Shown here one piece after another: positions 8,116 to 17,620 of a DNA stretch of 64,000 nucleotides. Under the pieces are notes generated by a model, which ran no database searches, was not told the DNA's origin, and was given only the letters and a program-made list of their open reading frames with translations. Source of the stretch: an uncultured Pseudomonadales bacterium (GTDB lineage: Bacteria > Pseudomonadota > Gammaproteobacteria > Pseudomonadales > JAUIET01); contig CAYGSL010000008.1 of assembly GCA_964352475.1 (NCBI GenBank), positions 8,191 through 72,190 on the forward strand, written 5' to 3'. Position 1 is the first letter of the stretch. Each line of letters begins with the position of its first letter. Position numbers and translations under genes: made by a program.

Positions 8116-9105
8116 ATGCGAGCGCTTGTCCATCTCTTTCTGTGGTTCATTTGCAGTGTGTCTTTGGCGGTGAACGCCGATTGGTACCAGCGCGAAGGTG
8201 TCGCAATGGGCACCGAGGTCAGCGTTCAGCTGTGGTCTGATAGCGAGGAAGTTGCAGAACAAGCTATGCAGGCAGTGCTTGATGAAATGCAACGCGTTGA
8301 TCAGCGATTCAGCCCCTATATTGCCAGCAGCGAACTCAGTAAATTGAACAAACACGCGTATGCCGCGCCGGTAAAAACATCTGCAGAAATGTTTCAACTG
8401 TTGGCGAGCGCAGAATCCGTGTCACGCTTGAGCGATGGTGCTTTTGATATCACATTTTCTGCTGCTGGCCATTTGTACGATTATCGCCAGTCGCGGCAAC
8501 CCACTGCCTCACAGTTGCAAGAGGCTATCAGTGCCATCAATTATCAGCATGTGGTTTTGATCGCTAAAGATTCTACGGTAAGCTTTAGTCACCCAGGTAC
8601 GAGAATTGATCTGGGTGGCATCGCCAAAGGTCATGCCGTAGACCGCGGAATCCGCCTGTTAGAAGGGCTCGGCGTAGACCACGCGTTAGTCTCCGCAGGT
8701 GGTGACAGTCGTCTGTTGGGCGATCGACGCGGAAAGCCCTGGGTTACTGGAATCAAGGATCCTCGAGGAGAAGAATCACTGCTAATGGTGCCGCTGGAAA
8801 ATGTGGCTATTTCCACGTCTGGAGATTACGAGCGCTTTTTTATAGATAGCGAAACCGGCGAACGTCAGCATCATATCCTAAGCCCTAAAACCGGTGAATC
8901 CGTAAGCGAGTTGCGCAGCGCTACTGTACTGGCAGGAGACAGCACTACAGCAGACGCTTTATCAACAACGGTGTTCGTGCTCGGTGTGGAGAATGGATTG
9001 CGTCTGATAAACAGCATCCCGGCTGTTGACGCAATTATTATCGATTCGAAAGGGTTACTGCATTACTCCGACGATTTGCAAAAAATGTCAAAGTCGCAGC
9101 GATGA
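8116..9105 (+). CDS. apbE: ApbE-family FAD:protein FMN transferase (flavin transferase), periplasmic
   Basis: Motifs AMGTEVSV, FDITFSAAG, IDLGGIAKGHAVDR, LVSAGGDS, AISTSGDYERFF, HHILSPKTG. ATG 8116 is preferred over TTG 8113 because of RBS spacing to AGCGGAG. Confidence 0.9.
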   Translation: MRALVHLFLWFICSVSLAVNADWYQREGVAMGTEVSVQLWSDSEEVAEQAMQAVLDEMQRVDQRFSPYIASSELSKLNKHAYAAPVKTSAEMFQLLASAESVSRLSDGAFDITFSAAGHLYDYRQSRQPTASQLQEAISAINYQHVVLIAKDSTVSFSHPGTRIDLGGIAKGHAVDRGIRLLEGLGVDHALVSAGGDSRLLGDRRGKPWVTGIKDPRGEESLLMVPLENVAISTSGDYERFFIDSETGERQHHILSPKTGESVSELRSATVLAGDSTTADALSTTVFVLGVENGLRLINSIPAVDAIIIDSKGLLHYSDDLQKMSKSQR

Positions 9106-9304
9106 GTTTCTAAACAAATTGTTTAATTAGCGGCTGATTTCCAAACGCATTGATCTGATAGTGTGTAACTCTGCATCAGTTTGCTGAGTTCCGTAACATA
9201 TTAACGTAAATTATTGGCCGATCTGTTAGCGGACGAGCGGTCGATAGCCTATTTTTAGTAAGTAGGCGCCGGAGACTTGTGCGCTGAGATGAAAGGTTGC
9301 TTAC

Positions 9305-9616
9305 ATGCGCAAATTCTGTCCAGCTTGCTTGGCACTGTTGCTTTCTTTACTGCCCTTGACCGCATTCTGGTCAGGTACCAGTTCTGCGCACGGGCTGGAG
9401 TTTATTGTTGACACAACCTTTATTGATATGCACACAGGGCCTGGTCGCGGTTTTCCCAAGTTTTACTCCATTGCGAAAGGTGAAAAGCTAACCGCTATCA
9501 AGCAACGAACCACGTGGATTAAAGTGGAAACAACAAAAGGTCGCACGGGCTGGATAAAGGCAACAGACCTGCAAAATACAAGAACACTCAATGGCCGCGC
9601 TGTGCGCTTGCCTTAG
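9305..9616 (+). CDS. Secreted stand-alone bacterial SH3 domain protein (paralog of the N-terminal half of 4872..5603)
   Basis: Signal peptide ..FWSGTSSA. IDMHTGPGRGFPKFY..RTTWIKVETTKGRTGWI aligns by eye with IDLRTGPGKGYPKFY..KTSWFKVRLENGTEGWV. Confidence 0.75.
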   Translation: MRKFCPACLALLLSLLPLTAFWSGTSSAHGLEFIVDTTFIDMHTGPGRGFPKFYSIAKGEKLTAIKQRTTWIKVETTKGRTGWIKATDLQNTRTLNGRAVRLP

Positions 9617-9638
9617 ATAAAGAACGAACAAGGTCCGA

Positions 9639-10292
9639 ATGACATACTCTCCATTACAGTTTTTGCAGCAACTGGTTCTCTGCGCCATGCTGGCGTTGCC
9701 ATCCGCATTCGTGGTCGCTCATGGCGAGGATGACACCGATGAAGGTGTTGTCACGCCGGAGGACATCGAACGAGAAGAGTTTGTGGTTCCGTGGATTGAT
9801 ACGGAGAACGCGGAAATCAGTATTTTCGGCGGCGGCATGAATTTCGACAATTTCAGTACTGAAGGATCTTATGGCGCTTCGCTTGCCTATCACGTCAATG
9901 AAGACATGTTTCTTGAGCTGACCTATCTTGAATCTGAAGTCAGCGATTTTGAACTGCGTTCCTTGGGTGCTCCGCAGTTCCCTTCCGAAGTTGAGCCTGT
10001 TTATTACACCAGTCTGTCTATGGGGATGAATATGCTGCCTGGTGAGATTTTCATTCTCGATCGCTGGGTACTAAGTTCAACGTTTTACCTGATAGGCGGC
10101 GTAGGAAATATAGATTTTTCGGAAGACGACAAGTTCACATTTAATGTGGGCTTTGGTTATCGTGTTTACCTTACTGACTGGTTAAGTTTGCGACTGGAAG
10201 CACGAAATCATATGTTCGAAAACACAATTCAGGGAGAGGAAAGCTTGCGTCACAATTTTGAATTCCGCCTTGGCACCAGCGTATTTTTCTGA
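9639..10292 (+). CDS. Small outer-membrane beta-barrel protein (paralog of 5573..6217)
   Basis: MNMLPGEIFILDRWVLSSTFYLIGGVGNIDFSEDDKFTFNVGFGYR aligns with LNILPGETFIGSRWAFNTALYVIGGIGSTEFAEDDHFTINFGAGYR. Ends in ..RLGTSVFF. Confidence 0.75.
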   Translation: MTYSPLQFLQQLVLCAMLALPSAFVVAHGEDDTDEGVVTPEDIEREEFVVPWIDTENAEISIFGGGMNFDNFSTEGSYGASLAYHVNEDMFLELTYLESEVSDFELRSLGAPQFPSEVEPVYYTSLSMGMNMLPGEIFILDRWVLSSTFYLIGGVGNIDFSEDDKFTFNVGFGYRVYLTDWLSLRLEARNHMFENTIQGEESLRHNFEFRLGTSVFF

Positions 10293-10346
10293 GTTGAATT
10301 GAACGTAATTGGCTAAACTGTAGCGATAACTTTGGAACGTGTGAAT

Positions 10347-10892
10347 ATGAAAATGGGCTGGAAAAAGAATAATCTATTCGCGTCCTTTGTGATTTTGCTG
10401 GTGAGTCTCATCCATTCTGCGATTTCAGTAGCGCAGGAAAATTCAGACGCATCGGTTAGCGACACTGTTCAAAGCCTTAAGCAGCGCGTGATTGAGTTGA
10501 ATCGAGACTTGTTCATACTTGAAGAAGAGTTGCTTTTTCCGGCAAATACCCAGGTCGCAGTATTTCTATCCATGGATGTTGGTGAGTTTTTCCAGCTTGA
10601 CGCGGTCAATCTGAAAATTGATGGAAAGGAAGTATCGAATTACCTATACACAGAGAAGCAGGTCGATGCGCTTTTTCGCGGTGGCATTCAACGTTTGCAT
10701 ATTGGCAACGTTCGAAGCGGTGAGCACGAAATTGCGGCTTTTTTCACTGGTCGTGGCCCACAAGGTCGGGATTACCGCAGAGCGGTATCGCATAACTTTA
10801 AGAAAGGCGGCGACATCAAATACATTGAGCTGCAAATACGCGACTCAATCCAGCTACATCAGCCAGCACTGACCGTTAAAGAGTGGCAATAA
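10347..10892 (+). CDS. Secreted protein of unknown function (181 aa from ATG 10347)
   Basis: Hydrophobic N-terminus ..FVILLVSLIHSAISVAQE followed by a short coiled-coil-like stretch (LKQRVIELNRDLFILEEELLF). Its stop overlaps the next start (TAATG). The start is uncertain (TTG 10332, GTG 10341, ATG 10347). Confidence 0.6.
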   Translation: MKMGWKKNNLFASFVILLVSLIHSAISVAQENSDASVSDTVQSLKQRVIELNRDLFILEEELLFPANTQVAVFLSMDVGEFFQLDAVNLKIDGKEVSNYLYTEKQVDALFRGGIQRLHIGNVRSGEHEIAAFFTGRGPQGRDYRRAVSHNFKKGGDIKYIELQIRDSIQLHQPALTVKEWQ

Positions 10893-12862
10893 TGGCGTCA
10901 GCGTTACGCCAATTCTGCGCAATTACCTGTGCGCTTTCGTGTATCGCGATTGCATCTGCCGCAGATAAGAAAGATCCACCCAGTGCGGCTAATGCACTGG
11001 GTTACGGCGTTATGCTTTACGAGTACTTTCAGCGTCATCATTTCGAAGCCTTGCGCGAATATTCAATAGCGGAGAAGCGTCAGGAATTGTATGGCCACGG
11101 CAGCTACCCAAAGCTGCTGGAAGGTGGTATTAGCCTTGCGTTCGGAATGGATCGCAAAGCGGAAAATATATTTGATGAATTGCTCAATGGCAGTTACTCC
11201 GAGGGGGTTCAGAACCAGGCCTGGTTTTACCTTGGCAAGATTGCGTATCAGCGCAGCAACTATGAGCGTTCTCGCGAGGTGTTGGGTGAGATAGGGCCAT
11301 TGTTACCGGAAAAACTGCAAAACGAGTATCGCTCGCTGGTCAGTCAGCTATCGCTTCGTTATGAGGATTTTAACCACGCCGAGGCCGCGTATGAGCGCAT
11401 AGATGCCAGCTCGCCTTTTAAGCCCTATGTGAATTTCAATATAGGTGCTGCTTATCAAAAGCGTTTTATCCGATCTCGCTACTCTAATGCCGAGACCAGC
11501 GATTGGTATCCAGCAACTTTGAAGCTGGATGCGGCTGCCGAGCTAGCCTTACGCTTTGATAGGGCCGGTGTTGGTGACAGCGAAGACGAGTTCAAATCCC
11601 TGGCAGACAGAGCCTTATTGGCGGCAGGCTACGCATTGCTTCAGGGCAAGCGCTACGATGCTGCGATCGATCGCTTTAAACGCGTGCGCTTGCAAGGTCC
11701 GTACGCGCCCCAGGCAATGTTGGGTTACGGATGGGCTGAAGTTGAGCAGGAACGATTCACCGAAGCCTTAACCCCATGGGAACACTTGATAGATCAGTCG
11801 CTAATCAGCCCAGCTGTTCAGGAAGCCTATGTGGGTATTCCGTATGTGTATGAAAAATTGGGTGCCAAATCCAAAGCCTTGTCCGGCTTTGAATTTGCGG
11901 CAGATAAATACCAGCAAGAGCTGCGCAGCATTGAGAAGGCAGTACAGAGCCTGCAGTCTGCAAACATCATTGACTTGTTTGTGGTTGAGCAAGACAAGGG
12001 CTTTGTCGATTGGGTGGATGCGCAAGACAATCTTGTATTAAACCCCCAATCTCCCTACCTGACCGAACTGTTGGCCGGGCACGAATTTCAGGCATCGCTT
12101 ACGGATCTCAGGGATTTGTATGCGCTGCAACAAAACCTGGAAACCTGGCAACGTAAAGTGGCCACTTTTCAATTTGCGCTGGACAGTCGTCATGAGGCGC
12201 GCGAAGCGGTGCGGGTTGGTGAAAAGCAGCAGCTTCTCGAACAAATAGAAGCCTTACAAGCTGCGCGCAGTGCCGCCTATGATAGATTGAGCCTGATCGA
12301 AAGCAATTCCGATGCGATCGCTTTGTTGCCCCGTGACAAACAGACCAATGCCAGGAAATCTCAATCACTTGCTTACAACGCGCGCGAACTGAGCATAGAG
12401 CAGGGCGACAGCAAACCGGAACTTGCGCAGAAGGCCGATTGGGCCGAGTTTCTTGCCGGGGTTGCCTTGTGGGATGCGCACGAAGAATATACTGAAAACG
12501 CCTGGAAAGTGCGTAAAGACCTGCAGATTATCGATGACGTTCTTGAACAAATGGCTCAGCGCAAAAACAGTATCGAGCACATCTTATCCGAACAACTGGA
12601 CGTAAAGCGTTATTCTGGGCGAATTACGACGGCCAGCGAGCAACTGGATGAAACCCTGGCCGCGAACCAGAGAGGCATTGATCTGGCGCAACGAGCGCTT
12701 TCTGATCTAGCGATCGCCAAGCTAAGCCAACATTACCGCAGCATAGAATCCCATCTCGCTCAAACCCGTCTGGCAATCACCAGGCTCTATGATATTAACG
12801 CAGCGGAATTGGACTCTGCGTTGGAAAACGGCGCTGCGAGCAACAGAGAGGCGCCACAATGA
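10892..12862 (+). CDS. Secreted TPR-like / long coiled-coil protein (GltC/NfsC-like by position and architecture)
   Basis: ATG at 10892 overlaps the upstream stop. Signal peptide MASALRQFCAITCALSCIAIASA. The N-terminal half is helical-repeat-like. The C-terminal half is Q/E/L/A-rich coiled coil. Confidence 0.7.
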   Translation: MASALRQFCAITCALSCIAIASAADKKDPPSAANALGYGVMLYEYFQRHHFEALREYSIAEKRQELYGHGSYPKLLEGGISLAFGMDRKAENIFDELLNGSYSEGVQNQAWFYLGKIAYQRSNYERSREVLGEIGPLLPEKLQNEYRSLVSQLSLRYEDFNHAEAAYERIDASSPFKPYVNFNIGAAYQKRFIRSRYSNAETSDWYPATLKLDAAAELALRFDRAGVGDSEDEFKSLADRALLAAGYALLQGKRYDAAIDRFKRVRLQGPYAPQAMLGYGWAEVEQERFTEALTPWEHLIDQSLISPAVQEAYVGIPYVYEKLGAKSKALSGFEFAADKYQQELRSIEKAVQSLQSANIIDLFVVEQDKGFVDWVDAQDNLVLNPQSPYLTELLAGHEFQASLTDLRDLYALQQNLETWQRKVATFQFALDSRHEAREAVRVGEKQQLLEQIEALQAARSAAYDRLSLIESNSDAIALLPRDKQTNARKSQSLAYNARELSIEQGDSKPELAQKADWAEFLAGVALWDAHEEYTENAWKVRKDLQIIDDVLEQMAQRKNSIEHILSEQLDVKRYSGRITTASEQLDETLAANQRGIDLAQRALSDLAIAKLSQHYRSIESHLAQTRLAITRLYDINAAELDSALENGAASNREAPQ

Positions 12863-15723
12863 GTCGCTGGCAAAATCTGTTCTTACTCGGTGCTCTGTGC
12901 TGCGTTTTGATCAGCTGTGGCCATGTTGACGAATTGGACAGAGGCGAGCCGACGCTTGCTGATTTGAAAAAAGTTGCTCCGCCGGAAGAAGAAACAAGCC
13001 TGCCAGTTGTGTCACGAAGGCAAGTGATGGACAGCTATCGTTCGCTTCTGGAAATTACCGACGACCCAGAAATTCGTACCAAGGCGCTAAGGCGGCTTGG
13101 CAGCCTTATGATGCTGGAAAGCGAAGACAGCCAGCTGGACAGTCAGGAACAAACACGTCGCTATTACGATGAGGTTGTACAGTTCTATCGAAATTTGCTG
13201 GCCAAAGAGCCTGATAATGAAGCAAATGATTCGCTGTACTATCAATTGTCAAAAGCCTATGACCTGGATACCCGCCAGGAAGATTCAGCTGAAGCTCTGG
13301 ACCGCCTTGTCCGCAAGTATCCTGATTCGCCATACGCGGCGGAAGCGCACTTTCGCAGCGCGGAAATTTTGTTCGCAGATGGCAAGTATAAGGAAGCGCA
13401 TGCCGAGTATGAGCAGGTATTGCGCTTTGGCCTGGATACACCTTTCTTCAACAATGCGCTGTATATGAAAGGCTGGTCTGAGTTCAAGCGCAGTCGTTAT
13501 GAAGACAGTTTGCGTTCTTTCTGGCGCGTGATGAATCGAACTTGGCCTGATGACAAAAAGCTTGATGATTTAAAGAAGAGCCAGCAGGAGCTGGTGGACG
13601 ATACCCTTCGCGTTATGTCATTGGCGTTTTCCTATCTCGACGGACCGGTATCAATTCGTGAGCTCACCGCCAGTGCCGGTAATATGCACTACGAGCCGAT
13701 GCTGTACGCCCGCTTGGCCGACCTCTACTTAAGCAAGAAGCGCTACAAAGACACCGCTGATACCTATCAAGCGTTTATAGATGTTTATCCCAATAGCGAT
13801 GAAGCACCGCAATACCACGTATTACAAATTGAAGCGTTCAACAAGGGTAACTTCCCGACCCTGATTCTTCCTGCAAAACAAGCCTACGCCGAAAGCTACG
13901 GCATCAACAGCTATTACTGGAGTATCAAAGACGACGAGGTAAAAGCAACGTTGAAGCCCAAACTGCGCGAGTATCTGATGGAGTTAGCAAAAACCTCCCA
14001 CGCAGAAGCACAGGAAATGAAACAGGTTTGGCAAAAAAACCTGAACAACAAGCGCAAACTGGCCAAACTGAAATTCACCGACGAGGATATCAAGGAAGAA
14101 TACCGCGAAGCAGCTCGCTGGTATAAGGACTATCTGGTTACCTTCCCGGGCGATAAAAATGCCAATGAGCTGTGGTTTTTGTTGGCTGAAGCTCAGTTTG
14201 AAGCAAATGATTACCACGACGCCATCGGAACATACCAGCGAATTGCTTATGCAATTGAAGGGCACCCCAAGGGTGCTGAAGCGGGCTATGCCGCAATCTT
14301 GACTTACGACAAGCATATAGCGACGCTTGAGGGCCAACCGGAGGGTGTTATTGAACGCTGGGATGATCGTCGAATTGTTAGCTCGCTGCGATTTAGTGAA
14401 GCCTACCCCGGCGACAAGCGTGCGCCCAACGTGCTATTAAAAACATCAGAAGATATGTTAGAGCGCGGAGATTATGTACAGGCAGTTAACAACGCCAGAC
14501 GACTGATTGACTGGAAATTCCCGATTACACAAGAAATTCGCATAGAGGCGTGGCTGGTGATAGCCCACGGCGAATTTGAACAGGAAAATTTCGCACTGGC
14601 GGAGCAGGCATATAGCCAGCTTAATGCATTGATGCCGGCAAAAGATCCACGCAAAGCCGGCATAGTGGATAACCTGGCGGCCAGTATTTACAAGCAAGCA
14701 GAGCAGGAGCTGGCCGATGGCAATACTCGTTACGCGGTAGATCAGTTCTTGCGCGTGGCAAGTGCCGCTCCGGGCACCGCGATCGCGGTGACGGCTGAGT
14801 TTGACGCTGCAACCCATATGCTTAACCTTGAAGCGTGGCAGGAAGCGATAGAAGTGCTGACCCGATTCAGGGCCAGATATCCTAAGCACGAGTTAACAAG
14901 CCAGATACCAGCCAAACTGGTACTTGCGTATCAGGAAAATGGACAATGGTTTGAGGCAGCAACCGAACTTGAAGCTCTTGCCAAAAATAATACAGACCCT
15001 GAAAGTGCCCGAACCGCCAGTTACTTATCAGCAGAGCTTTATCAGAAGTCGGGTGATCAGGCCAAAGCTATTGGCCAGTTTGAGCGTTACGTTTCCCAAT
15101 ATCCACAACCATTTGAACAGCAGCTGGAGGCCGTGTATCAGCTCAGCGAACTACAGCTGGCAAGAACCAATACTCGCGAGTATGAGCGTTGGTTAAACAA
15201 GCTGATCGTTCTGCATAAAAATGCAGGTCCTTCAGTAAATGACCGTTCTCGGTATTTAGCCGCCAAAAGTACACTGTATTTTGCCGACCAACAGCGCGCT
15301 CAATTTGACAGTATCAAGTTAAGCTTGCCGCTTAAGCGCAGTCTGGCTAAAAAGAAAGTAGCCTTACAGTCTTCATTGGCACGCTACGAAGAAGCGGCGG
15401 CTTATGAAGTGCAGGAGTTTGCGACGCGTGCTACTTTCAATATCGGCGAAATATACGCACAGCTCAGTCAGGACTTGATGAATTCCGAGCGTCCGCCAAA
15501 AATGAATGAGTTGGAACTGGAGCAATACGAAGTATTGCTGGAAGAGCAGGCATTCCCATTTGAGGAACAGTCAATCGAAATTCACGAAACCAATGCACAA
15601 CGCAGCTGGGTTGGTATCTATGACGAATGGGTGCAACGCAGCTTCGAATCATTGGCACGACTGATGCCAGGGCGTTACAACAAGCAGGAAGTTGCCGGGG
15701 AGGTTGACCATGCGATTCGCTAG
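12859..15723 (+). CDS. Large TPR-repeat lipoprotein (954 aa; GltD/NfsD-like by position and architecture)
   Basis: ATGA start/stop overlap with the upstream gene. Lipobox ..CCVLISC-GH. Many TPR-like A/Y/L repeats, for example YYQLSKAYD, AEAHFRSAEILF and ALYMKGWSEF. Confidence 0.75.
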   Translation: MSRWQNLFLLGALCCVLISCGHVDELDRGEPTLADLKKVAPPEEETSLPVVSRRQVMDSYRSLLEITDDPEIRTKALRRLGSLMMLESEDSQLDSQEQTRRYYDEVVQFYRNLLAKEPDNEANDSLYYQLSKAYDLDTRQEDSAEALDRLVRKYPDSPYAAEAHFRSAEILFADGKYKEAHAEYEQVLRFGLDTPFFNNALYMKGWSEFKRSRYEDSLRSFWRVMNRTWPDDKKLDDLKKSQQELVDDTLRVMSLAFSYLDGPVSIRELTASAGNMHYEPMLYARLADLYLSKKRYKDTADTYQAFIDVYPNSDEAPQYHVLQIEAFNKGNFPTLILPAKQAYAESYGINSYYWSIKDDEVKATLKPKLREYLMELAKTSHAEAQEMKQVWQKNLNNKRKLAKLKFTDEDIKEEYREAARWYKDYLVTFPGDKNANELWFLLAEAQFEANDYHDAIGTYQRIAYAIEGHPKGAEAGYAAILTYDKHIATLEGQPEGVIERWDDRRIVSSLRFSEAYPGDKRAPNVLLKTSEDMLERGDYVQAVNNARRLIDWKFPITQEIRIEAWLVIAHGEFEQENFALAEQAYSQLNALMPAKDPRKAGIVDNLAASIYKQAEQELADGNTRYAVDQFLRVASAAPGTAIAVTAEFDAATHMLNLEAWQEAIEVLTRFRARYPKHELTSQIPAKLVLAYQENGQWFEAATELEALAKNNTDPESARTASYLSAELYQKSGDQAKAIGQFERYVSQYPQPFEQQLEAVYQLSELQLARTNTREYERWLNKLIVLHKNAGPSVNDRSRYLAAKSTLYFADQQRAQFDSIKLSLPLKRSLAKKKVALQSSLARYEEAAAYEVQEFATRATFNIGEIYAQLSQDLMNSERPPKMNELELEQYEVLLEEQAFPFEEQSIEIHETNAQRSWVGIYDEWVQRSFESLARLMPGRYNKQEVAGEVDHAIR

Positions 15724-16528
15724 AATTCAACGGCTGATACCCGCAACGCTGATGCTTGGCATGATAGCGTCGTGCGCTGGGCTTGACCCTTACCTGAATC
15801 CTTATTACGACGGCGAGGAAGAAATTGAAGCCCAGGAAGCGAATCGTTCGATACCCCGCTCTCCCGAGCGGCGCAGTATTGATAGTATTGTGCGTACGCG
15901 TGGCGAAGAGCCTGGCGAGAACAACGAGTTTTCATCACTGTCACCGGACAAGACAGCAACGCAGGCTGAAGAGCAACATGCACAAGACGAAAGCATTTTA
16001 TTGACTGCTGGTCCAAACCCCTATTTGGCAAGCGCCCCGCTTGTTAACGCGACAGCAAATGCGGAGTATAGTCGCGCGCTGGCTGCTATGGATTCGCAGG
16101 ATTGGTCGGGCGCAGAGCAGATATTGATAGAGCTTACCAGTCAGCATTCTGAGCTAAGCAGCCCATGGCAAATTCTTGGAGTTGCTCAGGCCAAGCAAGA
16201 TAAACTAACTGAAGCTCAGCATAGCTTTAAGCGCGCTATTGAATCGAATGCTGCGAACCAGGAAGCGTATAATCAACTCGCTTTACTGCACCGTAGGCAA
16301 GGTGAGTTTGAAAAGGCAGAAGCCAGCTATCAGCGTGCGATTGGAATATGGCCAGCGTACCCCGCAATACGGCTAAACCTGGGTATTTTGTACGAGCTCT
16401 ATTTAGGCGATCTTGGTAAGGCATTGCAACAATACAATATTTATCAAAGCTTGCTCCCTGAGCCCGATCGGCGCGTTAAAGGCTGGATAAGCGATTTGAA
16501 ACGACGCATGCAGGTAAGCGCTACATGA
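15710..16528 (+). CDS. TPR-repeat lipoprotein (272 aa; GltE/NfsE-like by position)
   Basis: ATG 15710 is preceded by GGGGAGG (15697..15703) and overlaps the upstream gene by 14 nt. Lipobox LGMIASC-AG. C-terminal TPRs (AYNQLALLHRRQGEFEKAEASYQRAI). Confidence 0.75.
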   Translation: MRFARIQRLIPATLMLGMIASCAGLDPYLNPYYDGEEEIEAQEANRSIPRSPERRSIDSIVRTRGEEPGENNEFSSLSPDKTATQAEEQHAQDESILLTAGPNPYLASAPLVNATANAEYSRALAAMDSQDWSGAEQILIELTSQHSELSSPWQILGVAQAKQDKLTEAQHSFKRAIESNAANQEAYNQLALLHRRQGEFEKAEASYQRAIGIWPAYPAIRLNLGILYELYLGDLGKALQQYNIYQSLLPEPDRRVKGWISDLKRRMQVSAT

Positions 16529-16836
16529 ACAAGGCTCGTCTACTAACTGCGCTACTAATGTTCACTGCTTGTCGCCTGGCGTTCGCGCAGGAGTCCAGTG
16601 ATAAAGTGCTGAATCTGGAAAGCACTTTCCAGGGCAATCGTGAACAGCCAAGAGTTTTGTACATTGTTCCCTGGCAGCAACCGGACGGTCCACCAGAGCT
16701 GGAAAGGCCGATCAGTGGTGATATTGATCAGCTTTTCGAGCCTATTGATCGAACAAGTTTTCAACGGGAACTGAAATACATCAAGTTTTTGCAGGAAGGG
16801 GCTCAAAAAACAGACAGCCCTCAACTGTTTGAGTAA
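16525..16836 (+). CDS. Small secreted protein (103 aa; GltF/NfsF-like by position)
   Basis: ATGA overlap with the upstream gene. Signal peptide MNKARLLTALLMFTACRLAFA. Motif GNREQPRVLYIVPWQQPDG. Confidence 0.65.
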   Translation: MNKARLLTALLMFTACRLAFAQESSDKVLNLESTFQGNREQPRVLYIVPWQQPDGPPELERPISGDIDQLFEPIDRTSFQRELKYIKFLQEGAQKTDSPQLFE

Positions 16837-16934
16837 CGAAGTGAGCGGTATACCGCTACACTTTGTTGAAGCATGTCGTGAAACGGGCAGGAGTCTGTTT
16901 ACCGGCGATACTGGTAAAAGAAAAGGGTAACACT

Positions 16935-17597
16935 ATGGACATGGCAACGATCATTGCCTTTTTTCAGAATGGCGGGCCATTCATGTATCCAATCGCATTT
17001 GTTCTGGCCGTTGGTCTGGCGATAGCGATAGAGCGGTTTATTTTTCTATCAGGCGCGAAGTCGAGCAACCGACGCGCGTTTGATCAGATGCTGCCGTACT
17101 TGCAGAAAAGAGACTACAAGAATGTTCTGGGCTTTGCGCAGAAATCGAAAGCACCTATCACGCGCATCATCGCCGCAGGTGTTGCTCGAACAGCGACCAC
17201 TCAAAAACGCGATGAAGTTGAGTACGCGATGGATGAGGGTGTGCTTGAAGCACTGCCCAGGCTGGAGCGCCGAACTCAATACCTGGCAACTCTGGCAAAC
17301 ATCGCTACGCTGCTTGGCCTGCTCGGAACCATTATTGGTTTGATCGCAGCGTTCACAGCGGTGGCCAATGCAGACCCGGCAGAAAAAGCGACCTTATTAT
17401 CCCAGAGTATCTCGATTGCCATGAACACCACGGCCTTTGGTTTGATGGCGGCAATTCCTCTTCTATTACTGCATTCGTTTTTACAGTCCAAAACATCAGA
17501 GATCATCGACAGCCTGGAAATGGCGATGGTGAAGTTTCTCAACATGCTGGGCGACGGGCGCGCTGCAGCGGGTAACGCTGGAACAGATAAAGCCTAG
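16935..17597 (+). CDS. exbB: MotA/TolQ/ExbB-family proton channel subunit (AglR-like)
   Basis: Three TM segments. Hallmark LANIATLLGLLGTIIGLI and ISIAMNTTAFGLMAAIPLLLLHSFL. ATG 16935 is preferred over the TTG-extended ORF-track start at 16863. Confidence 0.9.
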   Translation: MDMATIIAFFQNGGPFMYPIAFVLAVGLAIAIERFIFLSGAKSSNRRAFDQMLPYLQKRDYKNVLGFAQKSKAPITRIIAAGVARTATTQKRDEVEYAMDEGVLEALPRLERRTQYLATLANIATLLGLLGTIIGLIAAFTAVANADPAEKATLLSQSISIAMNTTAFGLMAAIPLLLLHSFLQSKTSEIIDSLEMAMVKFLNMLGDGRAAAGNAGTDKA

Positions 17598-17620
17598 CTT
17601 TTCGCCAGGAACGCACCCAC

